This document shows positions 1 through 9,159 of a stretch of DNA of 64,000 nt, piece after piece. The notes beneath the pieces were generated by a model that worked only from the letters and a program-made list of their open reading frames with translations, did not search any database and was not told the DNA's origin. Origin of the DNA: a virus (Duplodnaviria > Caudoviricetes); the IMG/VR virus record IMGVR_UViG_3300050119_000088, positions 47,972 to 111,971 of that record; one strand, written 5' to 3'. The position numbers and the translations under genes were made by a program. The stretch's first letter is position 1; each line of letters starts with the position of its first letter.

Positions 1-1
1 A

Positions 2-1867
2 ACTTGAGGCTTCGAGATATTGATCTCGTGTAATCTCTTCGTAAGGTGCTTGTCGAAATCCATGTTCCGAATGCTGAGAGAAGGAAGCTGTCTTCACCGT
101 GTCTGTGTAATTGGTTCGGAGCCAATCTTGGACAACGGGAATCTCTTCCGGTCCCATATAACACGTCATGGACACGGCATTATCCGCCCAATAAGTCTGA
201 AGGAAGTTCAGATTATCAAGCTGTGACAAGGCTGGATATCCCTTTGCAACAATAGAGCCCTCTCGGGCTTTGCAGGGAAAGTCAATAATCATCGTGTTGA
301 AATCACGGGAGCCGTCAATATTGTACTTCGGCTCCATGTTGTATCCGCGTTCGCGGGCTTGCTCAACGATCGGATCTTCAACAGCAAATGTGATCCTCCG
401 AATGTAATATTCCGAAAACTCAGCATGCACTCCAGGTGAAACGCCAGCCAACAGGGACATTGTACCTGATGGTTTGACGGTTGTCAACTTGATTGATAGA
501 TTACAGTTGTGCTCTCGGGAAGCCTTGCGATCCACATCTTCAAGATGAGCATACACGCCATCGAAAATGTCAGGATCTCGAAGATGCGGGGCTTGCAGGA
601 ATCCGGTGACACCAACACCAATACGATGATTGCGGCTAACAACTTCGTTCGTTTTGGGATGCCAACAAGGCAGACAAGAAATAGCTTTGTTGGCTCGGAA
701 AAGCAGTTCAGCAACCTTGCCGAACTCATGTACATCAACAATATTTGGAAGAAAGATGTCGCTAAGATTGCAAGCTTCGTGTGATTCGAGAATGATCTCT
801 CCGCAAGGATTTGGACCACATACAAGCGGATCTGGACGATAGCCGTAGCCATCAATAAGCCTTCCCATCTGCTTACACAATCCAGAATTGTATAAGCCAT
901 AGGCTTCTCCCTCTCCACGATAGCCACGCCAGAACTGCTCTGGCAAAAGCATTGTGTCCGGACAATCAACAGTGTTGTTGCTCATCTGTCGCCAAGCAGG
1001 AACGGCTCGGCGTGTCCAGTCTTTGGCTCCGAGGAATTCTTGATCTTCCCATGAGCCGACTGCGATCTCAGCAGAACGACGAACATTACCAGCAACAACG
1101 ACGCTGCCAATGATATTCATGATGTCCATGCAATTGGTAGGAGTAAGTTTCCTACCAACTTTAGATTTCAAGATCGCACATATTTGTGCAAGACCCTTTA
1201 CCAGTTCTTCGGGTCCACTTGCTGTTCCTCCGAACCCCTTAATAGGCCGTCCGCGAGCACGAACGCAACGAGTATCGTAGCGGATACTATGGTTGGTATA
1301 AAAGTGAGCATTGAGTGTAAGCTCAAGAAGCTTGACCCAACCTTCGCGGTTGTCGGTGACAATATAGTCACAATCATAGTCATCGACACGTTCAATGCTC
1401 GGAGCGAATTTGACTGTAGGTATTTCATAAACATAATCCGGTGAGACATTGAAGCCAACGCCACCACCGAGCATCAGCTCGTTGAAAGCGAAAGTGAATG
1501 GATCAACAGGATGGTTGACAGCAACGTGCCAACAATTTTGCATCGAATCGCCACCAACACGCCGAACAGTGTCCGTACCAAGCTGCCATGTCGGGCGACC
1601 AGCAAGCGTACCTTTGAGCGAAAACCAATAATAGTAAAGTTGTTGGGCTTCTTCTTGGGTGTAAATACCACCAATATCCAAGATACCATTGACACAACGT
1701 TCAATAGTTTGAAACCATTCCTCAGTGATTCCAGAGGGTCGCATCCGAGCATATGTGCGTTTATACGTCACATATCCCACTGGTCCCCATTGTGGATTGT
1801 GGCCCTCAAAGTTCTCTACGAACGTGGGGTCGAGTTTCTTGGCATACCTCGGAAGCGATAACATCAT
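2..1867 (-). CDS. nrdJ: Class II (B12-dependent, RTPR-type) ribonucleotide reductase, 3' end beyond window edge
   Basis: Not in ORF track because the stop lies off-window. Manual translation of both ends, in the same frame: N-term GPVGYVTYKRTYAR; C-term IKLTTVKPSGTMSLLAGVSPGVH, YYIRR, WADNAVSMT, FRQAPYEEIT. Confidence 0.93.
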   Translation of the reverse strand, partial: MMLSLPRYAKKLDPTFVENFEGHNPQWGPVGYVTYKRTYARMRPSGITEEWFQTIERCVNGILDIGGIYTQEEAQQLYYYWFSLKGTLAGRPTWQLGTDTVRRVGGDSMQNCWHVAVNHPVDPFTFAFNELMLGGGVGFNVSPDYVYEIPTVKFAPSIERVDDYDCDYIVTDNREGWVKLLELTLNAHFYTNHSIRYDTRCVRARGRPIKGFGGTASGPEELVKGLAQICAILKSKVGRKLTPTNCMDIMNIIGSVVVAGNVRRSAEIAVGSWEDQEFLGAKDWTRRAVPAWRQMSNNTVDCPDTMLLPEQFWRGYRGEGEAYGLYNSGLCKQMGRLIDGYGYRPDPLVCGPNPCGEIILESHEACNLSDIFLPNIVDVHEFGKVAELLFRANKAISCLPCWHPKTNEVVSRNHRIGVGVTGFLQAPHLRDPDIFDGVYAHLEDVDRKASREHNCNLSIKLTTVKPSGTMSLLAGVSPGVHAEFSEYYIRRITFAVEDPIVEQARERGYNMEPKYNIDGSRDFNTMIIDFPCKAREGSIVAKGYPALSQLDNLNFLQTYWADNAVSMTCYMGPEEIPVVQDWLRTNYTDTVKTASFSQHSEHGFRQAPYEEITRDQYLEASS

Positions 1868-1878
1868 TATCTTTCGGG

Positions 1879-2292
1879 TCAGGACTTACAATAATCTGTC
1901 GAGATACCATGAAATACGGCATCACGAGCCAAATGATGGGCTCGCTTGTGTATTGGATCGGCCAATCCCGATCCCACCTTCTGGAATCTAATAGTCATTG
2001 TCTTCATATGCTCCTGTAAACGTAACCACAAAATACTTATATCTTTATGGAGCTTAATTGGAGCTAAGACCCCTGTTATTACAAACAGAGAATCTGTAAA
2101 AACAAGTACATTCGATCCAAAGGGAATGGTATCTAGACCTTTAATTATTGCAAGCAGTTCCATTCGATTAGTACCACGATACTCTTCAAATCCGTATCCG
2201 ATATTTTCAATATCATTGTTTTGTACAATGAATGCCCAGCCTCCCCTCCTTGGAACTATTGTCGCTGATGCATCAGCGTATAGATTATACAT
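1879..2292 (-). CDS. rnhA: Ribonuclease HI
   Basis: LYADAS, GGWAF, TNRMELLAII and VFTDS motifs; the last catalytic Asp region reads HKRAHHLAR and is atypical. Confidence 0.85.
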   Translation of the reverse strand: MYNLYADASATIVPRRGGWAFIVQNNDIENIGYGFEEYRGTNRMELLAIIKGLDTIPFGSNVLVFTDSLFVITGVLAPIKLHKDISILWLRLQEHMKTMTIRFQKVGSGLADPIHKRAHHLARDAVFHGISTDYCKS

Positions 2293-2317
2293 TTAAGTCA
2301 TTATTAACCTCCCAGGA

Positions 2318-2770
2318 TTAAATCAATGGTCTGTTCGGATCTCGTCCTTTTAGCATTCTGTTAATAGTTGATTTGTGACACCCCAAACGCCTTGCAATTT
2401 CTGCTTCGCTCAAGCTTTCTGAAAGCTTAATAACTTCTGAAGTGTCAATATCCAACATGGGATGTCTTCCTTTATTACAACAATCAATAGCATTGTGCTC
2501 ATGTGTTCCGAGAAACAGATGTTTTGGATTACAACATGGTGGATTATCGCAATCATGTAGGACAAGTAGCTCACCTGGATCTTTCTTATATTTAATATAG
2601 TAAGATACTCGATGAACCAAATACATCTTTTTGCCAAATCTAATTTGGCCATAACCTTTAACAATTGTACTACCGATCCAAGGCCAACATTCATTCTCTC
2701 CACGTTGAATGATGTTGGACCAGAATTTGATAGTATCATCAATATGTAACATGGGCAATGGAATAAACAT
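2318..2770 (-). CDS. HNH homing endonuclease with C-terminal HTH
   Basis: ECWPWIG, GYGQI, HRVSY, VLHDCDNPPCCNPKHL; C-term SEAEIARRLGCHKSTI. Confidence 0.9.
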   Translation of the reverse strand: MFIPLPMLHIDDTIKFWSNIIQRGENECWPWIGSTIVKGYGQIRFGKKMYLVHRVSYYIKYKKDPGELLVLHDCDNPPCCNPKHLFLGTHEHNAIDCCNKGRHPMLDIDTSEVIKLSESLSEAEIARRLGCHKSTINRMLKGRDPNRPLI

Positions 2771-2773
2771 AAT

Positions 2774-3493
2774 CTACCTCATGACACTCAAATAACGATA
2801 CCAGTTCTGCTCTTCAAATAACTTCGGAGTCTCACTTGCATCTGTCAACACCCAAACGCCAACCCCGTGAGCATTGAACATAGGAAACGTTTGAAGTTGT
2901 GATGGCGTAAATACATAGCCTGTTGGATTCTTGCATTCAATCCAACGTTGGCCATATTGTTTGTGTGTTGCAAAGAGATCGGGAAATCCATACTGGAATA
3001 AGCAACCATACGTTTCCTTGACGTACCAACCTTCACCGGCCAATTTTATTTTGAGAGCTTCTTGTATATCTCGTTCCGGGCCACGTGAAGCAAGCCTAGT
3101 AGACCGCTCATACGGTCTTGAAGGCTTCTTATCTCGTGTCCGTGTAACTGGTTTCATCACATCTAAGTAAGTGTACCAGTTTTGGGGCTTAAAGAGTTTG
3201 TTGTATTCCCAATCGGTATCGGATGTAAGAATCCAAACCCCCGAACCGTTGTTACTAAGTTTCGGGAAGTCTTCCAACTGTGCTTCAGTAAAAACATAAC
3301 CAGTCGCTTGTTTGCACTCAATCCATCGGGCACCAAGAGTAAAATGAGCAGCAAAGACATCAGGAAAGCCAACCTGATATTCATTAGCGTGCGTTGCTTT
3401 CGCCATCCATCCGTTTTGATGGAGCTTCAACATGATTCGCTTTTGCAAATCGGATTCAGGTTTCCTAGCTGGAATAATTCTTTTGGGTTGCAT
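2774..3493 (-). CDS. Tandem (two-domain) VRR-NUC / PD-(D/E)XK nuclease, putative Holliday junction resolvase
   Basis: Two copies of E..Q, GFPD, RWIECK..TGYVFT..Q, GVW.LT. Confidence 0.8.
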   Translation of the reverse strand: MQPKRIIPARKPESDLQKRIMLKLHQNGWMAKATHANEYQVGFPDVFAAHFTLGARWIECKQATGYVFTEAQLEDFPKLSNNGSGVWILTSDTDWEYNKLFKPQNWYTYLDVMKPVTRTRDKKPSRPYERSTRLASRGPERDIQEALKIKLAGEGWYVKETYGCLFQYGFPDLFATHKQYGQRWIECKNPTGYVFTPSQLQTFPMFNAHGVGVWVLTDASETPKLFEEQNWYRYLSVMR

Positions 3494-3544
3494 AGGGCTA
3501 TAATATCCATGATCGCAAACAGCTCGCCTCCATGCGAGCTATTT

Positions 3545-3820
3545 TCACCTTGTCAGTTTGGCCAATGCAAGCAGACTAAGAGCCTTGTTGATACGAAGCA
3601 TATACGCTTCCTTGTTTTTGACGGCATCATCTGGATTGCCGGTGGCCGTTTTAAGGGCGACCCGAGCCTCGGTAATAAACTCGATAGCTCTCAGTTCATA
3701 ATAATCTGCGTCGCCCGTCTCTAATAGGGCAGACATCGGACCTGTCTCACGAGGATCAAAAAGCCCTTCAAGCAGGCTTGTCCTCACTGAGGTCATGGAC
3801 GGCCGTTTGGATCTTGCCAC
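3545..3820 (-). CDS. Hypothetical protein
   Basis: ORF in operon orientation. Confidence 0.6.
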   Translation of the reverse strand: MARSKRPSMTSVRTSLLEGLFDPRETGPMSALLETGDADYYELRAIEFITEARVALKTATGNPDDAVKNKEAYMLRINKALSLLALAKLTR

Positions 3821-4178
3821 GGTTTCTCCAGGCCACTCGAAGCTTCTTCTGTTCGATCTTCAAGAGCTTCTGCTCTCGAAGCTGGTGTTGACCGAACAGA
3901 CCATGAATATTCGCCCACCAGTCTTCTGGTCGAAGATGACGAACATTCAGCAATTGCTGAAAGACACCATCTCGAATAACGCGAAGCATGACGAGATATG
4001 CCTCAAGTTGTTCATTGGTTCGATTGGGAAAATCCCGAACGTCAACATCGTAATGGACGTTCATGACTCCAGCTTCGATGACTTCATTCCTCATGAAATC
4101 ATGAAGCTTCTTGATTTCATCAAGAGTTCTCTCCCGTCCCGTCAGCTCGACGGTTTCTGGCTTCTTCTTGCGAGGCAT
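3768..4178 (-). CDS. Hypothetical protein (start revised to MPRKKK)
   Basis: ORF in operon orientation; ATG at 4178 reduces overlap with the upstream gene. Confidence 0.6.
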   Translation of the reverse strand: MPRKKKPETVELTGRERTLDEIKKLHDFMRNEVIEAGVMNVHYDVDVRDFPNRTNEQLEAYLVMLRVIRDGVFQQLLNVRHLRPEDWWANIHGLFGQHQLREQKLLKIEQKKLRVAWRNRGKIQTAVHDLSEDKPA

Positions 4179-4479
4179 ACTTGGCAATCTCCGATAATAG
4201 TGTGCTCTTGGAAAGCTGATTGTAATAAGCGATTCCGAATCGCTTTCCAACTGCTCGAAGCTGTCGAACGGTCATATTTGAATATTCAACTTCAGCTTGA
4301 ACAGAAATCCATTTTTCCAAACCAAGATGATCATTGTTTGCAATAAGCTGACGAACGGATTCTTGATCTGTACTGTTTTCGTATAAAGACATAAAGGCAG
4401 CAGTATTTACTGTACGATCTATACATCTGAGGTTCAAGAGTTGCTGGTGTACCGCAGACTTCAACGATTCAATTAACAC
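4120..4479 (-). CDS. Protein with Rho N-terminal-like helix-extension-helix nucleic-acid-binding motif
   Basis: YSNMTVRQLRAVGKRFGIAYYNQLSKSTLLSEI matches the Rho_N pattern. Confidence 0.6.
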   Translation of the reverse strand: MLIESLKSAVHQQLLNLRCIDRTVNTAAFMSLYENSTDQESVRQLIANNDHLGLEKWISVQAEVEYSNMTVRQLRAVGKRFGIAYYNQLSKSTLLSEIAKYASQEEARNRRADGTGENS

Positions 4480-4488
4480 AATGTTACC

Positions 4489-6780
4489 TCATTTTTCACT
4501 CCAATTCTTCATAAACGGATTCCATTCCATTTTAATAAGTGGGACTTTGGGCCGGAATGTTTCCACCGCGTCATAAACAATCTTCTCAACTTGATTGACA
4601 TAATCAGGGTCGGTAGGACACATGATTTCGTCATGGATATTCATCGGAATAACACGCCAAGGATGAATACCCGACGGCTGAAGTTCCCAGATTTGTCGTT
4701 GAACTGCTTTGGTAATCTGGGCTCCTGAACTCTGAATAACATGATTAGCCGCTGCACGCATATTGTTGCCTTGCAAGCCGAATGCGGCTCCGAACAAAGC
4801 AGTTTGCGTTGCACCGCCGACAAGCTGTTCTCGATCTCGACGAACCACCTTAGTATTGATCTCTTTCCAATGCTTCGGTGGATGCTCTCCAAGATCAAAG
4901 AGTGCTTTGCAAATCATATTCTCAACAGTAAAGTAACGACGGAAACCCATCAACGACTCAATGTACTCGGCTGGATCGGCCCAAATAACTCGGCTACCGA
5001 TTCCATTGGGTTGAGTCATTGAACAGAAAGCTGTGAAAATCTTCTGTCGAGCCAAACCGACGCCATGATAACGACCAACAAAACGTTGGTATGCTGCTTC
5101 TGCAATCTCAACCGGAATACCGATTCGAGAATGTAGTGTGTTATGGTCGCCACCATAGATCAAAGCGAATACACCCCGCTTCGACATATCGTACATATCG
5201 AGTTCGCGGTCGCCGGCCGATGCTACAATATCTTCGTAAGTTTTTCCGGGAAACAAATATTGACCAAACAAAGCATGAATCTTCTTGCCCGATAGAAGAT
5301 CATTTCGCAAATCAATATCATTGTACGCAGCATCTGCAAGCACTACTTCAAATCCCGCAAAATCTCCTCCAGAGAGTTGCATGCCCGAGAAAGCAAGCGG
5401 AAAGCATCTTCGCACTTCTTTAGTTCGTTTGATACCTTGTGCATTGAGTTGGTCAGTGCCAGACATGCGAGACGATTTCGTTCCAATGATGACGAAACTC
5501 GCATGAAATCTTCCGGCTTGTAAAAGCTTGTCATAAAGTTCAAGTTCTTTGCCCGCACCGCGAGCATCGAGAACATTACGAGCACGTTCGGCGGCTGGAT
5601 GTGGAACACGACCTGTTCCCTTGCAAATTGCACAGGGGTAGCCAACTGGCATATCAATGCAGTCTTCGCAATCTTGTTCAGTGAGTGAAGCCACTTCTTC
5701 AAGAACAACCTTCTTGGTTGATCCCTTCATCGCAAGAATCTCTGTCGGATGCATCTTCTCTGTTACGTATCGCATTGCTGGGCCGGGTGCTGTTGGATAA
5801 GCTTTCTTCTTATCCAAAGCTGATTGACGCAATCGTTTGATGCCTTCAACATCGATTGCGAAACCCTTCCAACGAACTGCACCAACCATGCAAGCAAGTT
5901 CGGAATCATCGTCTCCCAATTCAGGTGAGCCGAAATACCGATACAATTTACGAGTAATGTCAACATCATTAGCCGCATACTTTCGAGCATACGTATTGAA
6001 TCCCCAATGATCAATGTGATGCTCGATAACGTCCGGCCAGGCTCCCTTCCAATTGTGACGAGAACCGATTGCACGAGCAAATGGTGCGTATCCGAGTTCA
6101 ACCGGATGGAACTTGGAATCAATATCAATATCCTGAAAGAACGTAACAAGATCCGGTTGAAGGCCCAAAGCGTCGGCCGCAAGTGTCTTCAACGCTGAAG
6201 ACGGAGCGAATGTTAATACAACATCTTTGAAATCAGGAACGATGTCACCTTCGGCATCTTCGATATCAAAGACATTCCAACGGGGAGCCCACTTGTTTTT
6301 CTTCTTGGCGAAATAAATATCCTTCAGTTGTACACGTCGCTCAAGTTCTTGTGCAAGATGCCATGCAAGAGCGGTTGGCACGCGACGGATTCGTACCTCA
6401 TCCCTCCGCATCATTGATTGATACGGGCCTTTGCGAGCATGGAGCATCAGATCCATCGCTCGAACTGGCTTGAGGCAATCACCATCGCGTGCCAACGGTT
6501 CATACTCAGCAAGCTCTTCGATCTGCTCGTCCGGATAAGAATCCTTATCTGGGAGCATGCTGAGCATAGAATAGATTTTGCAAATCTGGAACCAGTCGAA
6601 CGTCAGGTTGAATCCGACGATTCCGCCCGGATGATTGACGATCTCCTCGATTACCGAAAGTGTAGACGCGACGGTTTCCCGCCAGATTTCGTGAAGAATG
6701 ATCTCCTCATCATCCTTCGCGTACTGTAGGAGTACAGCGGGACCGACGAATCCACACGTTTCAGTATCAAGAAATATCAT
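4489..6780 (-). CDS. polA: Family A DNA polymerase with 3'-5' exonuclease, no 5'-3' exonuclease domain
   Basis: FLDTET and GFNLTFD exo motifs; motif A GGDFAGFE, motif B KRGVFALIYGG, NHVIQSSGA, motif C NIHDEI. Confidence 0.92.
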   Translation of the reverse strand: MIFLDTETCGFVGPAVLLQYAKDDEEIILHEIWRETVASTLSVIEEIVNHPGGIVGFNLTFDWFQICKIYSMLSMLPDKDSYPDEQIEELAEYEPLARDGDCLKPVRAMDLMLHARKGPYQSMMRRDEVRIRRVPTALAWHLAQELERRVQLKDIYFAKKKNKWAPRWNVFDIEDAEGDIVPDFKDVVLTFAPSSALKTLAADALGLQPDLVTFFQDIDIDSKFHPVELGYAPFARAIGSRHNWKGAWPDVIEHHIDHWGFNTYARKYAANDVDITRKLYRYFGSPELGDDDSELACMVGAVRWKGFAIDVEGIKRLRQSALDKKKAYPTAPGPAMRYVTEKMHPTEILAMKGSTKKVVLEEVASLTEQDCEDCIDMPVGYPCAICKGTGRVPHPAAERARNVLDARGAGKELELYDKLLQAGRFHASFVIIGTKSSRMSGTDQLNAQGIKRTKEVRRCFPLAFSGMQLSGGDFAGFEVVLADAAYNDIDLRNDLLSGKKIHALFGQYLFPGKTYEDIVASAGDRELDMYDMSKRGVFALIYGGDHNTLHSRIGIPVEIAEAAYQRFVGRYHGVGLARQKIFTAFCSMTQPNGIGSRVIWADPAEYIESLMGFRRYFTVENMICKALFDLGEHPPKHWKEINTKVVRRDREQLVGGATQTALFGAAFGLQGNNMRAAANHVIQSSGAQITKAVQRQIWELQPSGIHPWRVIPMNIHDEIMCPTDPDYVNQVEKIVYDAVETFRPKVPLIKMEWNPFMKNWSEK

Positions 6781-6971
6781 CCGGTAATCCGAGCCTGTAA
6801 CGGAATAATAATCGTATCCTGAGATTCCTCGTTAGAAACCTCAACATACGTCGGAGGAAGATTACAGGTGTGATTGCAAGAATCACAACGGTAATAGAAA
6901 CCCCGACGGGCCGATTGAACACACATCATCCCGTCAGGACAGCGGGGACAAAGCTTCTTTTGGAACTTCAT
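6777..6971 (-). CDS. Small zinc-ribbon protein
   Basis: CPRC...CDSC; stop overlaps the polA start; start revised to ATG 6971. Confidence 0.55.
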   Translation of the reverse strand: MKFQKKLCPRCPDGMMCVQSARRGFYYRCDSCNHTCNLPPTYVEVSNEESQDTIIIPLQARITG

Positions 6972-7782
6972 AGGGGACGCTCTTCTCCTGGGCGAGTGTC
7001 TTGATATCACCGAAAAGATCCGAATCGGCGATCTCTCCGGCTGCCCACGCAAGACATCGTGTTCCCATGTTGTTGCCGACACTTTCCCGAATGTGATCCA
7101 TCATGAGAAAAATCTCCTGACGATCACGAAGCTTCCGGGTCGAGGCTGGCCGCTTGATCGGTTCCTTGATCTTGATCTTCTCTCCCCGTTCTTTTCCTTC
7201 TTTGATCTTGCGAACAGCCTCGAACTGCTTCTCCTTGTTCCCGAGGGTGTAGAGATCCCGGATCTGCTGTTGAGAAAGCAAACCCCCGGCCGCTTCAACC
7301 TGGATCTCGGTGGGCAGTGTCAGCACGTAATAACGAATCTGAACCCAGCCACGCGACTGGTGCAAATCCGCCGCGACCTGCTCCTGTGTCATACCCGCTA
7401 TATACAGCTTCTCAAGAGCCTTGGCCTCTTGAACGATGTTGAGATCCTTGCGAGCAAGATTCTCGTCCAAGTTCATCAACCGAGCCTGGATATCCGTAAG
7501 GCCCACAACAATGTTACAAGGTGCAACTGGCTTCTCCAAAAGCTGGAGCGCCTTGAACCTTCTGTATCCACTGATGAGTCGGTACTTGAACCCCGTTTTG
7601 GCTTGGGCTGCTTCGTCGTAGGGCTGAATAACGAGAGCGTTCTGCAACTGATTCGCATCAATACTTCGGGCGAGGTCAACGACATCGATTGGAGCGATCA
7701 CTCCGCGACAGTTGAAGTCACTGTCAGCGTGGATCTCACCAAGCGGAATATCCTTCACATCCATAGCATACTCCCAAGCCAA
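6934..7782 (-). CDS. parB: ParB/Spo0J-like protein
   Basis: LARSI, YRLISGYRRFKA, ENLARKDLN, HTH MTQEQVAADLHQSRGWV. Confidence 0.88.
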   Translation of the reverse strand: MAWEYAMDVKDIPLGEIHADSDFNCRGVIAPIDVVDLARSIDANQLQNALVIQPYDEAAQAKTGFKYRLISGYRRFKALQLLEKPVAPCNIVVGLTDIQARLMNLDENLARKDLNIVQEAKALEKLYIAGMTQEQVAADLHQSRGWVQIRYYVLTLPTEIQVEAAGGLLSQQQIRDLYTLGNKEKQFEAVRKIKEGKERGEKIKIKEPIKRPASTRKLRDRQEIFLMMDHIRESVGNNMGTRCLAWAAGEIADSDLFGDIKTLAQEKSVPYEVPKEALSPLS

Positions 7783-7821
7783 TCAATAGGTGAGGTAAAT
7801 TCGCATTTCACCTCATACCTT

Positions 7822-7851
7822 ATACTACGGCAAAAGGTGAAAATTTTGAAG
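7822..7851 (-). promoter_or_regulatory. Conserved phage promoter copy 1 (TTCAAA-17-TAGTAT with TTGCCG)
   Basis: Same motif at 15696, 16057 and 62478; upstream of parB-polA. Confidence 0.75.
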
Positions 7852-7882
7852 CCGACTCTGTTTGTTGATTGGATTGCGGCAA

Positions 7883-8104
7883 TCAGAGCGAGTCTCGCTC
7901 AGATTGTGCAATCGGTTCCAGCATACGGTCAATAGCTGGGCCGAGAACGATCATAATACGGTCGGTGATTGATCTTGCAATCGACGACCGGACCTCGGCA
8001 GCAATCTTTACAACGAGTAACTCGTCCCTAAGTTCTAGTTCCGACGTTGTGATTGTGGTCACAATCGTCCTATCCATAGGTCGATGAAACGATGAAACAT
8101 CCAT
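7883..8104 (-). CDS. Hypothetical protein
   Basis: Short ORF in tightly packed operon. Confidence 0.45.
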   Translation of the reverse strand: MDVSSFHRPMDRTIVTTITTSELELRDELLVVKIAAEVRSSIARSITDRIMIVLGPAIDRMLEPIAQSERDSL

Positions 8105-8263
8105 TTAGTTTCTCGATGGTTCTAATTTAATCATAAGATCCGGTCGTTGTGCTTCAAGACACCGTATCGTATGATAAGCTAATTCCAACTGTCGTTTCTG
8201 TAACTCCACTAATTCTTCAAGTTCTACCTCGCGAGACTTTGTATCGAACAACCAGGCCAACAT
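8105..8263 (-). CDS. Hypothetical 52-aa protein
   Basis: Manually translated MLAWLFDTKS...; exactly fills the gap between neighbours. Confidence 0.55.
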   Translation of the reverse strand: MLAWLFDTKSREVELEELVELQKRQLELAYHTIRCLEAQRPDLMIKLEPSRN

Positions 8264-8481
8264 TATTTTAGTCCGGCAAGTTTGCCCCTTATATCAGCGG
8301 CAAGTTCGGGATAATCAACTTCACATGATTTTGCATATTCCTCAAGTGCATGTCGAGCATGAACATCATGTGTTCCGTCCAAAACAAATAAAAAGCAATT
8401 GCAATGCTTCTTACCTGCAAGGTCCGCACCATCATTCCGAATCACTGTGTACTTTGCGTACAGACCTTTCGGGGTATCCAT
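8263..8481 (-). CDS. Hypothetical phage protein
   Basis: GLYAKYTVIRNDG...FVLD...D.HA..AL..YA......YPELAAD resembles a small conserved phage family. Confidence 0.7.
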   Translation of the reverse strand: MDTPKGLYAKYTVIRNDGADLAGKKHCNCFLFVLDGTHDVHARHALEEYAKSCEVDYPELAADIRGKLAGLK

Positions 8482-8710
8482 TGCGACGCTCTTGTCTTAG
8501 AATTGTAATTGCATTACGCACAGCGGCACGATTAGTCTTGTCATAACCTAAATCGAAACATTTTGTTCCGACATAGATTCGATAAGCACCAAATGAGTAT
8601 TCCTCACTGTAGCAATCTTGTGGACAATCAGAATTCGATCCCACCAATCCGATATTCGGATCAATGGTTGTTTCAATTGTCAACAAAGATCCACAGATCG
8701 GACAGAACAT
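8432..8710 (-). CDS. Hypothetical zinc-finger protein
   Basis: MFCPICG...CPQDC. Confidence 0.55.
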   Translation of the reverse strand: MFCPICGSLLTIETTIDPNIGLVGSNSDCPQDCYSEEYSFGAYRIYVGTKCFDLGYDKTNRAAVRNAITILRQERRNGYPERSVRKVHSDSE

Positions 8711-8712
8711 AT

Positions 8713-9159
8713 TTACTTCCCTTGTCTATTCAATTCAGCCATCTCTAAGCAAATAATTCTTCTGAGTTGTTTTGCACTTTCTGTCAAAGGCATGTTAGAT
8801 GTACTTGTACATTTAGTAAGAAATTCAAGCATCAATTCTGCTTGGGCGTGTTTTATAATAAGATAAGGCAACAGTGCTTCAAGAAACGGTTGTATTTGAT
8901 TAACTTGTAATACCCAAGTATACGCTGTTTTATAATTTTCCTTGTCTCTTAGCTTAGAGCCAATGCTACCTAATCCTGTTTTCTTTTGTAACCAATCTAC
9001 TACCGGCTTATATGTATTCGTTACAGATACATGAAGCCCATAAGTATAGTCGAGGTACTCTTTACCTCGACGCTTCTTATGTTGGTAAACGGAAATTGAG
9101 CCTTCACCGTCAACAATACCAGCGATATATGAAAGCTGGATTGGTGTAAGCAATTTCAA
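8713..9159 (-). CDS. Free-standing LAGLIDADG homing endonuclease (copy 1, divergent)
   Basis: YIAGIVDGEGSI, VTNT, LPYLIIK, PLTE..., EMAELNRQG. Confidence 0.88.
   Translation of the reverse strand: MKLLTPIQLSYIAGIVDGEGSISVYQHKKRRGKEYLDYTYGLHVSVTNTYKPVVDWLQKKTGLGSIGSKLRDKENYKTAYTWVLQVNQIQPFLEALLPYLIIKHAQAELMLEFLTKCTSTSNMPLTESAKQLRRIICLEMAELNRQGK

Noticed and set aside
20-1861. Many short ORFs, or an interrupted ribonucleotide reductase
   Set aside because: They are alternative frames of nrdJ; start and C-terminal parts are in one frame and the length leaves no room for an intein or intron
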